From Eledone cirrhosa (lineage: Eukaryota), in contig OZ024745.1 of assembly GCA_964016885.1 (NCBI GenBank), positions 124,124,001-124,188,000 on the forward strand: a DNA stretch of 64,000 nucleotides, read 5' to 3'. The translations under genes and the position numbers were made by a program. Under the pieces are notes generated by a model. The model saw nothing but the letters and a program-made list of their open reading frames with translations. It did not search any database and was not told where the DNA came from. Positions 23,816 to 36,602 of this stretch are shown in pieces (position 1 is the first letter of the stretch; every line of letters begins with the position of its first letter).

Positions 23816-24672
23816 ATATAATATATATATAAATAAAACCCACGCTGTCTTTTTCTTTCATGTGTGCAGTTCTGGAATATAGGTAGACATTTTTTATTTC
23901 TTTCCTATGGGAAATAGACACACAAACTTTATGTTAATATATAAAGAAAATAAACAAATAGTATAGATATTATAATAAAGATATAAGCAATTTGTGTAGA
24001 TCTTGTAAATTTACATTTCGAATTTCGAATCTTTTGGGTAATGAATTTTAAACATTGTAACATATTTTCTGAAACTAAACAGTTACCATTTCTGATAATG
24101 ATTTAATCATTTCCTTTGAAGATAAAACAGATTTGATGATTAATCAATTAATACTGTAGTTAGTTAAAATGAATGCAACTAAATTTCTGCTATAGTGAAT
24201 GCTACAACTACAAATTATCTTGCTATTGATATTTCTTTTTAATATTGCGCAGGGGAGTTGATTAAACTGACGATGTTACACTAGCAATATTGAATTTTTT
24301 TTTTTTTTGTCATGAAATATTCTATTTTATTTTTTATTTTATTTAAAATTTTATTTAAAACAACATGATAAAAAGAAGAATTTTATTTAAAACAACTTGA
24401 TAAAAAGAAAAATAGAAAAAAGTAGGAAACTTATAGGGAAATATCGTTTTGGTGAGTTTTGTTAATGTACAAAAATGCAGCATATCTTCATATCCAGTTT
24501 AATATTTGATATTTCCTATCCAAATTTATCAAATACGACTTTATGTCACTCTCAGCTATAAAAATCAAAGACAGCAAACTTAGTCTTCACCCCATCACCA
24601 CGATAGTAACCAAATTACTGTTAGATTTCTCTTGCCATTTTTTGCCAGCCAAAATGCGACATATCTTTAGAC

Positions 24673-25166
24673 CAGTGGTTCCCAACCTTTTGTACCCCAT
24701 GCCCCACCTCAACATCTCAAACATTCTTATGCTCTACTTTTATATAAAAACAGCGATGATCAACTACAAAGTGTAAAAAATTGGCATATGGGTGATGCCA
24801 GATGTACAACAACATGTGTGGAGGAGGTGAGACAGGAGTTTCAGACAGTAATGTGTACCAAAGTTGCCTTGGTGTAAAAGTAATAAGGCAAAACCTGAAG
24901 TTTGCTCTCATTAGCATTATTTTCAAATATTTTTACCTTGTAGGCTTATTTAGAATTTTTTTTTGTAACAATAATACAATTTTCTGTTAGTTGACCTATA
25001 CTAAAGGGCTTAACTGATAGGGTTATGTGTTATAATTTCCAAGTTCCATGTTATGGAAAGAAGTTGTGGTGAATCTTTGGAATAGTGCTTAATAAATATT
25101 AATGGCCCTAATAGTTGTTCCAATGTTCAAAAGTGGCCTACCAATAGAATATATTGCACACCCCTG
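24673..25166 (-). mobile_element. chimeric hAT MITE
   Basis: Left end CAGTGGTTCCCAAC and ~255 bp homologous to the 6134 family; right end TTGCACACCCCTG; perfect TSD CTTTAGAC on both sides. Confidence 0.8.
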
Positions 25167-25413
25167 CTTTAGACTGTCTCTGTCTTTCATGTGTACCAGG
25201 GTTGGTACTCATCACAATTCACACAGACATCATATGGTGAACAAACCTTGCTTATTTCCACTCATCATAATTATATTTCTGTAATACTGACACCTTGTTG
25301 ATCATTGCTGAGTTGACTTATAATTGTTCTTCTGTTAATACAAATTATTTGAAGATTTGAATGTCATTTTAAATGTCATTTTAAATCTCACTGGCTTACA
25401 CCAGCTAACTTAA

Positions 25414-25624
25414 CCCTTTAGAATTTACATTACTCTATATATTTTTATGGTAAATACTTTATTTCACATAATTATCTCACAGAATATCGAATCTACGAGA
25501 CTTTGATATTAATTGTTTTGAGAAAAATACATTAATATCAGTATGAGCAGCCGGTTACAGCCGGTTTGAACAGAAAGAGGTGAGAGAATTCTGGCTGGAT
25601 ATGGCCAGTTTAAATGCTAAAGGG
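25414..25624. mobile_element. piggyBac-type MITE family P
   Basis: TTAA-CCCTTTAG ... CTAAAGGG-TTAA. Confidence 0.9.
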
Positions 25625-25662
25625 TTAAAACAGGTCCAATCTAACAATAACCCAGTCCTTAA

Positions 25663-25883
25663 CCCTTTAGCATTTAAACCAGCTGTATCCAGCCAGAATT
25701 TTCTCACCCTTTTCTGTTCAAACAGGCTTTAATTGGCTGCTTATACTTATGTTAAGGTATTGTTTTCAAAATAAATAATATCAAAATCTCATAGATTCGA
25801 TATTATGTGAGATAATTATGTGAGGTAAGGCCTTTATTGAGAAATTACAATAGTATATATAGAGTATTGTAAATGCTAAAGGG
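25663..25883. mobile_element. piggyBac-type MITE family P (opposite orientation)
   Basis: TTAA-CCCTTTAGCATT ... AATGCTAAAGGG-TTAA. Confidence 0.9.
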
Positions 25884-25989
25884 TTAAACAATGTTTAATT
25901 GAAATACTTGATGCAGATTAATATGACTGCCATCAAGCAGTGAATAAAGTACCCAGCAATTATTTCCATTTGGTACATATCTTATTAAT

Positions 25990-26350
25990 TTCATCATCAC
26001 CGCTTTACGTCCATTCTTCTACACTAGCATGGGTTAGACGAGTTGTCCTGCTGTGGGAAATGCTAGGTCAGGTGACCATGCCTATTTGGCTTGGTTTCTA
26101 CAACTGTATGTCCTTCCTAATGCCAACCTCATTTACAGTGAGTATTGGGTGCTTTTTGTTGTGACACCTACAACGACCACTTTACAATGTGGGCTGGGTG
26201 ATTTTCATCATACTTATGTTAAGGTATTGTTCTCAAAATAAATAATATTAAAATCTCATAGATTTGATATTATGTGAGATAATTATGTGAAATAAAGTGT
26301 TTACCATGAAAATACAATAGTATATATAGAGTAATGTAAATGCTAAAGGG
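25990..26350 (-). mobile_element. RTE/SINE tail fragment fused to half of a family-P MITE
   Basis: Tail sequence to ~26208, then CATACTTATGTTAAGGTATTGTTCTC ... AATGCTAAAGGG. Confidence 0.75.
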
Positions 26351-27104
26351 ATAAGGCAACATATATCACTCACATACAATACACACTCTCAACTTAACAT
26401 TTTTTTACATTTTCTTCATATCACTCTCATAATTTATTGTTTAATTCAACAATTGTACATTAATTTGTATCCCTCCCTACCCATTTTAAATGCTAGATAT
26501 TTGGCCAGATGGCCTATCTCAGCTGTGGCACATGGACAAATGTTTAAATCATTGCCAGTGATTTCTGCTACATCAACCATTCCACCTCCTGAGATTCCTT
26601 TTTCAGGCATGATGCTCTCATCTTCAATTGGTAGAAGAAAGCAGTTGTCTGGAGAGCAAGAACACTGGGGATCTCATTAGTATCTGGTACAAAAAGGAAT
26701 CAATTAGTCAATACCTGGTGTTTAGTTTATTGATATTGGGAAGAAGCACAGTGAGAACATATCAATTTAAAGTGAGGCCATACCAATTCAAAGTGAGAAT
26801 ATGAATTTCAAAATGCTATTAACACAAAACAATTTGACTATGAAATTTTGAGAGATGAAAAGAACAGGAAATAACATTGTAGTATCATTTGTAATGTCAA
26901 CAATCTGGACCTGCCAGGTTAATTATATGTTTTTGTCATTCCAGTAATGAGACAAAACACTCAAGTAGCTGTAATTCCAGTATTTTCAGGTGTAAATATG
27001 GCATTGGTACTAATCTATGAGATGACTGAGTAATGTTAGATACTTGTGTCTACCTTGTTTAACGTCCACTGTTCAATGAACAAAAAGGTTTAACTGTTAA
27101 ATGA

Positions 27105-27585
27105 TTAGTTGCTGCACTGAATTGCAGGAGCTGGTGCAGTAATCTGCAAGTTTCAGCATTTGCTAATCAGAAGAAGTGTGGTAGGGGTAAAAACCAAACT
27201 TGCTATCTTCAATTCAGTTTTTATGCCAACCCTTACTTATGGTCAAGAATCTTGCGTAATGATGGAAAGAATATGATCATGAATTCAAGTGGCCAAAACA
27301 GAGTCCCCCCAAAGGATTTTTGGAGTAACGTTTCTCAATAGTGTGTAGCTTGGAGATCAGAGAGCCACTACTTCCCTGCAATGAGAGATTACAGCTCTGA
27401 TACTAATGACATGTGGTCAGTATGTCTCAGTAAAGAATCGCAGGATAGATTTTAGGGGCAACACCAAATAGTAGAAGGCCAGGGTTGGACCTCGAGCAAG
27501 ATGGTTGGATAATATCCATGAGCTTGGCTGGCCTTGCTTGAGGACCTGGCTGGATCAGTTGGAGATGATTGCTACTGACAGGTTC
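27105..27585 (+). mobile_element. RTE-clade LINE 3' fragment (family C)
   Basis: KTKLAIFNSVFMPTLTYGQES..; homologous to 8715-9143. Confidence 0.75.
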
Positions 27586-27794
27586 ACAAAATAAATTTGT
27601 TCAACAATTTTAGGAGCTGCAAACTGTCAGATTTTACAAATGCAATAATTCCATACAAAACGAGCTATTAAGATTGTCATTAAAGAAGAATGGTCTTTCC
27701 ATTTTATTTTGTTTATAATATCTTCTTCAACAAATAAAGTCTTGCAGCATGTTTTTTTAATGGAAATATTATGTATTCTTAGCAAATTAAATTA

Positions 27795-27963
27795 CCATAT
27801 TTCCCAGCGTCAAGGATGCTACTTTTTTCCTAATATAAGCCTAAAAAATCTACCAATGCGTCCTGGAGGCCGAAGGTTGTTTATTATTTTTTTTCAAATT
27901 TTTGGTTGTCAAAATTACGGTGCATCCCTGAGGATGAAGCATTTTTGGCACCGGGCAATACAG
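27795..27963. mobile_element. pogo/Tc1-mariner-type MITE
   Basis: TA-CCATATTTCCCAG ... CCGGGCAATACAG-TA; inverted second copy at ~47711-47870. Confidence 0.7.
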
Positions 27964-28924
27964 TAAGTTTAGGTTTTGTTTACATGACATGAGTTCACTA
28001 TGAAATCCTTATTTTCACATTGAAGTCATTTGTATTCATTTTGGAATTGTTATTTTCATTGTGATCTGACATGTGACAACTTCGAAATACAAATATTGTA
28101 ATATTTGAATTCAGTGCATAGAATAACATAACAAAATACTCTATCTTGCTATTGATACCAATGCTACAAGGACGTGGACACTGGCATGACTGTGTGGTTA
28201 AGCAATTTGCTTCACAATCTTGAGGTCTGTATGTATATGGTATGTCTTAATTATTAAGAAAATTTATCTTTCAGCAAATTATCTCCTTCAAAACAACCAA
28301 TAAAAATGAAGCTTATACTCATGCATTCCTTATATTGCTTTTTTTTCCTTTTATAATGCTTTCCACCAATGATTATATTGTTTAATATATACTTCATTTT
28401 TTAAGATAGGAAAGTTTAATTTGAGGGAGATCTGACTGCTGTTCAAACCACTACATATGAGCTCTCTCTCCCCCTTGCATATCAAAACATATTATGAGTA
28501 TAAAAAGTGTTTTGCCATTGGATGCACTCTACCCACACAAGATTCATGCTTTTGGGATTATTAAAAAGGAATAAATATTCTAATTTAAGGGCAAAAATCA
28601 GTGAAGTGGTAGAGGAAATGCTTTGTATTATTGATGTATGACATTTTAGTTGAAATCACATCAACACTTTCACTTTTCTAGTACTGATAAACTAAGTACG
28701 AATCCAGAACTAGAGCCAATATATATAATTGATTATACACCCCCAACAATGTTTGAGGAATTATGATTATATAAGAAATCAATATCATAATTTATGACCC
28801 TATTGAAGTTATATTATGTAAACTCATTTCAGATTCCTCATTAAAATGTTACCATATATTTTTTTAAAACTGCAATAAAATAAATATCAGTAATATATTC
28901 AAGCTGATTGCTTTGACTCTAGAT

Positions 28925-29240
28925 CAGTGGTTCCCAACCTTTTGAGCAGCATGCCCCACCTGAATATCTAAAAAATTGTTATCTCCCTCCTTTGATATGA
29001 AAACAGCAATGATCAACTGTAAAGTGTAAACAAATTGGTGTAGGTGGTGTCAGATGTACTATAACATATGGAGAAGGTGAGACAGGAGATTCTGACAGAA
29101 ATGTGTACCAAAGTTGCCTTGGTATAAAAGTAATAAAGTAAAACCTGAGGTTTATTCTCATTAACGTCATTTTCAAATGGCCCCCTTAAATATTCAAATT
29201 GTTCCCCTGCTGGGTGTGTGCCACATGCTGGGAATCACTG
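28925..29240 (-). mobile_element. hAT MITE, monomeric form of the 6134 family
   Basis: TIRs CAGTGGTTCCCA / TGGGAATCACTG; TSD CTCTAGAT/TTCTAGAT; one copy of the 74-bp unit. Confidence 0.9.
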
Positions 29241-29875
29241 TTCTAGATTAAAAAACAAAAGTATGTGTAAAAGTATGTATTTAATGTACCCAATGAGGTA
29301 CTATTCTAAATACCCCACAAATTATTTGCTGACATCTTAAATAAGGAGAGGACACATTAAATAATGTTGTCTTTTAAACTCAGGTGAATTGGCAAAGTCA
29401 TAAGAATGTCAGATGCCTCGCATATTTGTTCAGATTTTTTGTACTCTCAGCTGAAATCTCACCTGGATCAACTTTGCCTTTCATATTTTCAGGGTCAATA
29501 ACTAAAGTAAGTACCAGTCAAAGATGATGAATTGATTACATTATATGATCATCAGATGAGATACCTTGCAGTATCTGTCCTGACTATTTTGCATACTGAG
29601 TTTAACTTCTAGCTAGGGTTTATAATCCCACTGATTACACAATAAAAGAGAAAAGAAATCAAAGCAAAGTTTGACAGACTCTCTGCAATTGAAGAGGTCT
29701 CTCATCATCTCAACACACTGAATAAACTATCTTGACAGTCAAGTGAGTGAATGAAATATTTAAAATTTGATGGGCAATCAGAAACAAACCAAATTCCAAG
29801 TGCTTACCAATGTGTCTGAACACGGAAGAACCAAGCTCCTACCAACATCGCCTCCATCTCTCTCGCCCTCCCCAG

Positions 29876-29965
29876 CTCTCTGTATTATGAACAAATGGGG
29901 TCCCACATGCTGGCTGCCCCACAGCCCCAGTGGCCAGAATGGAGAAGGCGTTTTCCCAGAGGATG
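29876..29965 (+). CDS. candidate 90-nt symmetric exon, product unknown
   Basis: Pyrimidine tract CTCTCTCGCCCTCCCCAG, donor GTAAGG, two open phases, locally high GC. Confidence 0.3.
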
Positions 29966-30770
29966 GTAAGGGAGTTGCGATGGAAGAGCCATTCATCTCA
30001 CGAGACTCACACCAATGGCTGGTCAGCTCAGCATGCAATGAATACAAAGGGTTTCAAAGAGAAAATAATATGGGCAGAAAAATCACATCTAATCAGACTC
30101 ATTAGCAAATGATTCCAGTTGTACAGAAACCCTGGAAACATTCTCAACTATGAGGAAAATCAAGGACCACGATGTCATACTTCTATATAGAAAAGCTGGT
30201 CAAGGCTAGAATGTATTTGATCATAGATTTGATTCCCGGATCAAGGCTGATATAGTGCTAAACAAAACAACAACAACAACAACAATAACGGCCTCATGTT
30301 GCCTCCATGCATGATATTGGGATGTAAGCTTCAATTGCAGCTCATAAATCTTGAACTTCTACTATTATAAAGTAAGAAACCATTTACCTGTCATTTGTTG
30401 TGATTTATTAATTGCTTCATATATCTATATAATCATATATACATTTTAATTGTGTATATTTATGTCTTTATTTGTGGTTATATATTTGTTTGTGTATATA
30501 TATTTTTATTTGATTTGTTATTGGTTTACTCACTTGACTAAAAATGTCTGCTGTTATTTGTTTTTTTTTACCTCCACATCCTAGGTCACCAACCTAGTTA
30601 TTATATGCATACACAGATGTTTACATAGATCATTAAACACATATAAATAAAATAAAAAGCAAATAACAAATTTACTGAGGCAATCAGAGAGCGTGAGGGA
30701 GAAATACATACATATATATATTATATATACTGTATATATATATATAATGTGTATATACTATATATATATA

Positions 30771-30823
<53 letters not shown>

Positions 30824-31003
30824 AAATAGAGAGACAGGGAGAGAGAAAGAGAGAGAGATGTGAGAAAGGCAGTAAGGGGAGAGAGAAAGAGAAATCAGGA
30901 GAGACAAATATAAAAAAAAATAGAAAACAAAATATACACATGCATAATTATTATGTAGCTGGCATAATAAATATCATTTTTTTCATATATTTAAGCACAA
31001 ACA

Positions 31004-31062
<59 letters not shown>

Positions 31063-31554
31063 ATATATACACATACACATATAAATATACACGCACCTAC
31101 GTTTTTTACTCATCCCAGCCGTTGTCTGAAATCTGAATATAATTCCACAGTTCTTCATCTGTGTTCTTTTTATTGTCTGTTTCACTCACCATAGAACTTT
31201 ATGAAAAATCTATTGTTATTATATAGCATACTGTTCTATGTTCTGGACTATTTAACATAGTCACAGCACTCTTTAAGAGCTTCACTGCACTGCTACACAC
31301 CTAAAAAAAAATAACTTTTCGGTTGTTTGATAAAATATATAAGACAAGCATGTCACGTAGAAGTTAAAACAATATGATTGTATTTAAAAAAAATATTCGA
31401 GGTATCTGATACAGAGATGAATGCATAAGTTAGATAAACTATAGACACCCAGCTGAAGATGTATATATGTATAAATGTGCTTACATGCAATATATATTAC
31501 ATGTATAGAGATATAAATCTCGACCGCAGTGCAAAAATATATATGTATGCATGT

Positions 31555-31586
<32 letters not shown>

Positions 31587-31726
31587 GATTTTTTATATAT
31601 ATATATACATATATATAAACATATATATATATATATAAATATATATATATGTTTATATATATGTATATATATATATATATATATACATGTATACACATAT
31701 ATATATATATGTTTGTATATATATAT

Positions 31727-32081
31727 GGATGGGTGCTACACAAGAATGCTGAGGATGGCTCTGAACATTAATCAGTATACACTGAGGATGAAGAACTCAG
31801 GGCTGTATGGGAGCCTCCCAAAAGTCAGCTCAAAAGTGACACAGAGGAGACTGAGGTTAGCTGGACATGCTCACTGACATCCAGAGTTGACATTGTACTC
31901 ATTGCTCCTGTGGGAGCCCCTACATGGACACACTGGAAGAGGAAGACCAAGGTCAACGTATGTTGATGCCCTAAGGACAGACACTGGTCTGTTGGAGATG
32001 CAGGACATGGCAGCGATAATGAGGGACAGAGACCGCTGGAGAGAACTCATCCATGGATCTTGGGAATTTTACCCGTCCTAG
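31727..32081 (+). mobile_element. RTE-clade LINE 3' fragment (family D)
   Basis: [56 protein letters not shown]; inside (TA)n. Confidence 0.85.
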
Positions 32082-32203
32082 AATATATATATATATATAT
32101 ATATAAGTTATTCCGGGTTGAATCGGAGGTAACCACAGTAAGTAAGATACTCAATACATAGCAGAGTATAAATGTTTTAATATAGAAGAGCTTCTACAGG
32201 ACT

Positions 32204-32253
32204 AGAGCTTCCTGATGATTTCTCATGAATGAAACAGTTCTAGTCCTGTAGAA

Positions 32254-32258
<5 letters not shown>
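32204..32258 (+). ncRNA. type-I hammerhead ribozyme (family H3)
   Basis: Stem I AGAGCTTC/GAAGCTCT (8 bp perfect), CTGATGA, short stem II TTC/GAA, GAAA, stem III CAG/CTG, GUA triplet; inverted tail at 32105-32204. Confidence 0.8.
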
Positions 32259-32345
<87 letters not shown>

Positions 32346-32555
32346 TGTAATGTGGCCGTGTAGGCAACACGGTAAAAACCTCCCAGCCCCACACTGTAAA
32401 TGTGGTTGGTGTTAGGAAGGGCATCCAACTGTAGAAAACCCGCCAGACAGTCCTATGCGAGCAAGACAACCACTCTTGCCTCAAGTGGGAAAACCCCCGT
32501 CCAAACCCATGCAAGCGTGGAACACGGACGCTAAACCTGATGATGATGATGATGA

Positions 32556-32620
<65 letters not shown>

Positions 32621-32646
32621 TGTAATAAACAACATAAGGCAATTAT

Positions 32647-32704
32647 TCCATTTACCAGTGGTTTCTTAAAAGCAAAAAATTTTGCTTTCAATCCTCAGAA
32701 TGAA
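32647..32704 (-). ncRNA. type-I hammerhead ribozyme (family H4), inverted copy
   Basis: Exact reverse complement of 32766-32823. Confidence 0.8.
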
Positions 32705-32765
32705 AAAAGTCCTGGTCTGTTTATTGAATTTGGATTTGAAAAACCTTTTTTTTTTTTTTTTTTTT

Positions 32766-32823
32766 TTCATTCTGAGGATTGAAAGCAAAATTTTTTGCTT
32801 TTAAGAAACCACTGGTAAATGGA
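32766..32823 (+). ncRNA. type-I hammerhead ribozyme (family H4)
   Basis: Stem I TTCATT/AATGGA, CTGAGGA, 12-bp stem II TTGAAAGCAAAA/TTTTGCTTTTAA, GAAA, stem III CC-ACT-GG, GUA triplet. Confidence 0.8.
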
Positions 32824-32920
32824 ATAATTGCCTTATGTTGTTTATTACATAACTATTAAGCTCTGTTACCTACATAGAGCACTCTTTTTTCCTGGACTTT
32901 TCCGACGTAATTACTTCATT

Positions 32921-32974
<54 letters not shown>

Positions 32975-32978
<4 letters not shown>

Positions 32979-34570
32979 AAATTGAAAAAGTGGAGAATAA
33001 CATAGTCATCAGTACAAAAAAGGGATTTATTTACAGTCTAACAATTGTTTCACTGATTAAGTTGTCTTAAAAACACTAGAAGCAGTGCTACTCAATTTCA
33101 AATACGATGTTAGCTTAATCAGATCATCAGAGACAACTATCCAGTAAATTTACAAATTCAAATTACAGGATCATTAATAATATTAATAATAAAGATAGAG
33201 TGAGAAAAAAAGAAAGAGATATAGATAAAAGAAAGAAAGAAAAAGGAAAAAGAAAAAGAAAAAGAAAAAGAAAAAGAAAAAGGAGAAAGGAAAATAGAGA
33301 AAGATATATAGAGAAAAAAAGACATAGAGAAAGGAGGATAGAAAGAGGAGAGAAAAGGATAGAGGAGAAATAAAGGTAGAGAAAAAGAAAAATTGAGGGA
33401 AAATTTTAATATCAACAATAAATGAATAAATGTTAAAACATGAATAAATGTAAATAAATAAGTAAACAAGTTACATCGAGGATGATACAAAATAATACAA
33501 AATATGAAAATAAATAAGTAAAAATGTGGGAAGAAATTTAAACATTAAGATTATTGAAAGTGGTTATTGAGAGTGATTAAAATATAGAGAGATACGAAGG
33601 TGTAAACATGATAATGTTAAATATATTTATGCGTGTATTGGTTATTTTAATAAATTAATTATATAATTAATTAATTATTTGATTAATTAGTTGTAAGTTA
33701 TATTAGAAGTGAAAATGATATGATAAAATAGAATAAGATAAAATAAGATAAAAATGCCAGAGATGAAATAAATTTAGGGAGAGAAATAGAAAGATAGAAA
33801 GTGAAAGATAGAGATATATAAAATATGAATGTAAAATATAATAGGTTATGATGTGTGTTCATTGATAGATGATGTCAATTATAAAAACAATGAAGATAAT
33901 AGGATATTATAATAGATCTAAGTGGTACAATTTGAGTTATGGAAAAGATCGGATGAATTAAGCTGGTCTAAAGTTCTTAAATTTCGTCACTGTTTTATGC
34001 CTACAGAAAATAGTTCTTTCAATTTTACTGTTAAGTAGCATTTTGTTGTATTTTAAAATTTGGAAAAGCTCCATATTACAAAGACCACAGTGGGACATGC
34101 CAATTCAATAGGCCATTGCTGTTGATAGCTTTGTCCAGCAGATTTTATATTCCATGTTTGCATCTCTGAGTTGCCAGATTTTATTGGCGAGTGTTGTTGT
34201 ATTTATGAGCTTCCTGTTATTCATAGAGTGTCTATGGACATACCACCTTTTCTTAAACTCCCCAGCTGTGGAACCTATATAGTGCCATGCTAAGCTGCCT
34301 GAATTTATAATACATAGGTACACTATATTTGACTCCAGGCATCTATTTTGTAATGGGCATTTATCAGGTAGATGACAGTAACATTTAGATGCCTTCCTAT
34401 GTGCTGGTTCCTCGATATAGTTTTGCAAGTTGTTATGTACGGGCTGAGAATTGGGTTTGTTGATGTATTGTGCTCTGACGTGTGTTTGGTTGTGATGATG
34501 TTATATGCTTGTGTTTTATATTTGGCTTGGGAGGTATTAAGATTTGGTTGGTTGTTGAATGTCACGTGAA
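32975..34570 (-). mobile_element. Penelope-like element 3' part: GIY-YIG endonuclease remnant, long 3'UTR and hammerhead-bearing terminus
   Basis: CYC..KCPLQNRCLESNIVY..HYIGSTAGEFKKRWYVH..TTLANKIWQLRD..CGLCNME..LLNSKIE..CRHK at ~33975-34430 is the typical Penelope EN domain. Confidence 0.85.
33036..33134 (-). ncRNA. minimal type-I hammerhead ribozyme of the Penelope element
   Basis: Stem I GTCT/AGAC, CTGATGA, stem II CTGATTAAG/CTTAATCAG with long loop, GAAA, C-AATT-G, GUU triplet. Confidence 0.7.
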
Positions 34571-34843
34571 TAAGCACTATAAATTTCGCCTCAATTCGTG
34601 TTTACCTCCCAAATCACTTTTTTCACATAAAACAGGAAGAATTTCCAAAAATGATCAGATTAGCGCAAAAATCACAAGCACTCCATCTCAAAATTATTTT
34701 TGAAAAGCATAAAAAATGCGCAACTGGCAAAAACTTAAAACTAAAACTGAATACTAACTAATACGTATTACTAATTTATACTTATTCCTAATTAAACTAC
34801 TTTTCTCTGGGAAACATTTGTCAGCATTTTCTTTTCCTTTTTA

Positions 34844-34891
<48 letters not shown>

Positions 34892-34895
<4 letters not shown>

Positions 34896-35100
34896 GAGGT
34901 TATATTTAATTTGTTTGGATTCAACAAGCTTAAACATTTTTATAACTGATATAAAGTACTCAACAAGTTAGTAGAGTAAATATACAATATATTAATAAAT
35001 GGAAACTATGTTTATAAAACCATAATTATTTTATTATATATATACAAGGTAAATTATGGTGCGCTTTCATCAGATAAAATACAGATTTGTTTTATAAATA
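34892..35100 (-). mobile_element. family H2 module with inactivated hammerhead (35027-35081)
   Basis: Homologous to 21720-21937; CTGATGA intact, GAAA mutated to GTAT. Confidence 0.7.
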
Positions 35101-35152
35101 AATATTGACATACCCGGAAAAAAGACAACCTCAACGGTTGAAATTCGGTGCG

Positions 35153-35223
35153 TATTTTATTATGCACATTTCAAAAACAAATATCATCATGGGATGATAT
35201 CTGCGTTCTCATCAGATAAAATA
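35153..35223 (-). ncRNA. minimal type-I hammerhead ribozyme (H2-related)
   Basis: Stem I TATTTTAT/ATAAAATA perfect, CTGATGA, stem II GCAGATATCATC/GATGATATTTGT, GAAA, T-GTGC-A, AUA triplet. Confidence 0.8.
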
Positions 35224-35277
35224 GGGAGACGTGATATGAAGCTTAAAAAACACTTGTGAGCAGTGAAGTTTTAAATC

Positions 35278-35339
<62 letters not shown>

Positions 35340-35400
35340 TCGGAAGTTGCGTTTCACTAATTTCTACCCGCCGAAATGCGATTCTCGCTAAATTTATATT

Positions 35401-35821
<421 letters not shown>

Positions 35822-35895
35822 TGTATGTATGTATGTATGTATATATATATATATATAGATAAATACATGCATGTGTGTATATATATATGTATTGT

Positions 35896-36230
35896 GGCAC
35901 ATGGCTTAGTGGTTAGAGCATTGGCCTTGCAATCAAAAGGTTGTGAGTTCAATTCTCAGACCAGGTGATGTGTTGTTTCCTTGAGCAAGACACTTTATTT
36001 CACATTGCTCCAGTTTACTCAGCTGTAGAAATGAGATGATAGTGACTGGGGTCCCTATCATTCCACTGCAAAGTGGTCGTGGAGGTGCCACGGCAAAAAA
36101 GCACCCAGCCCTCACTGTAAATGAGGTTGGTGTTAGGAAGGGCATCCAGCTGTAGAAATCAAGCCAGAATCAGGTCCCGTCCCACCAGTGAAAAGCGGAC
36201 GTAAAATGATGATGATGATGATGATGATGA
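35896..36230 (+). mobile_element. CORE-like tRNA SINE with RTE-A type tail
   Basis: Head, core, GTTAGGAAGGGCATCC and CCCACC..AAAAGCGGACGTAAAATGATG. Confidence 0.85.
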
Positions 36231-36278
36231 TATATACACACATGCATGTATATATGTATATATATATATATGTATATA

Positions 36279-36339
<61 letters not shown>

Positions 36340-36361
36340 GCATGTGTGTGTATATATATAT

Positions 36362-36556
36362 GTAGGTTCCTGAGCTGTGTTGGGCAGAGGAGGGTAACCA
36401 CAACTAAAAATGATACTCAATACGTTGGTAGAGTGTAAGCATCTTTATTATATATGGAAATTACTTCTACAAGACTAGAACAGCTTCATTGTATGAAATT
36501 ATCAGGAATGTACTGATGATTTCATACAAATGAGACAGTTCTAGTCCTGTAGGAGA
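36362..36556. mobile_element. family H3 module, fold-back pair of degenerate hammerheads
   Basis: Plus strand CTGATGA-tttcatacaaat-GAGA-cagttctagtcctgTA; minus strand CTGATAA..GAAG. Confidence 0.6.
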
Positions 36557-36558
36557 CA

Positions 36559-36559
<1 letters not shown>

Positions 36560-36602
<43 letters not shown>

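Noticed and set aside
26480-26700. Possible very old RTE 3' fragment on the minus strand
   Set aside because: Motifs too degraded to support a call.
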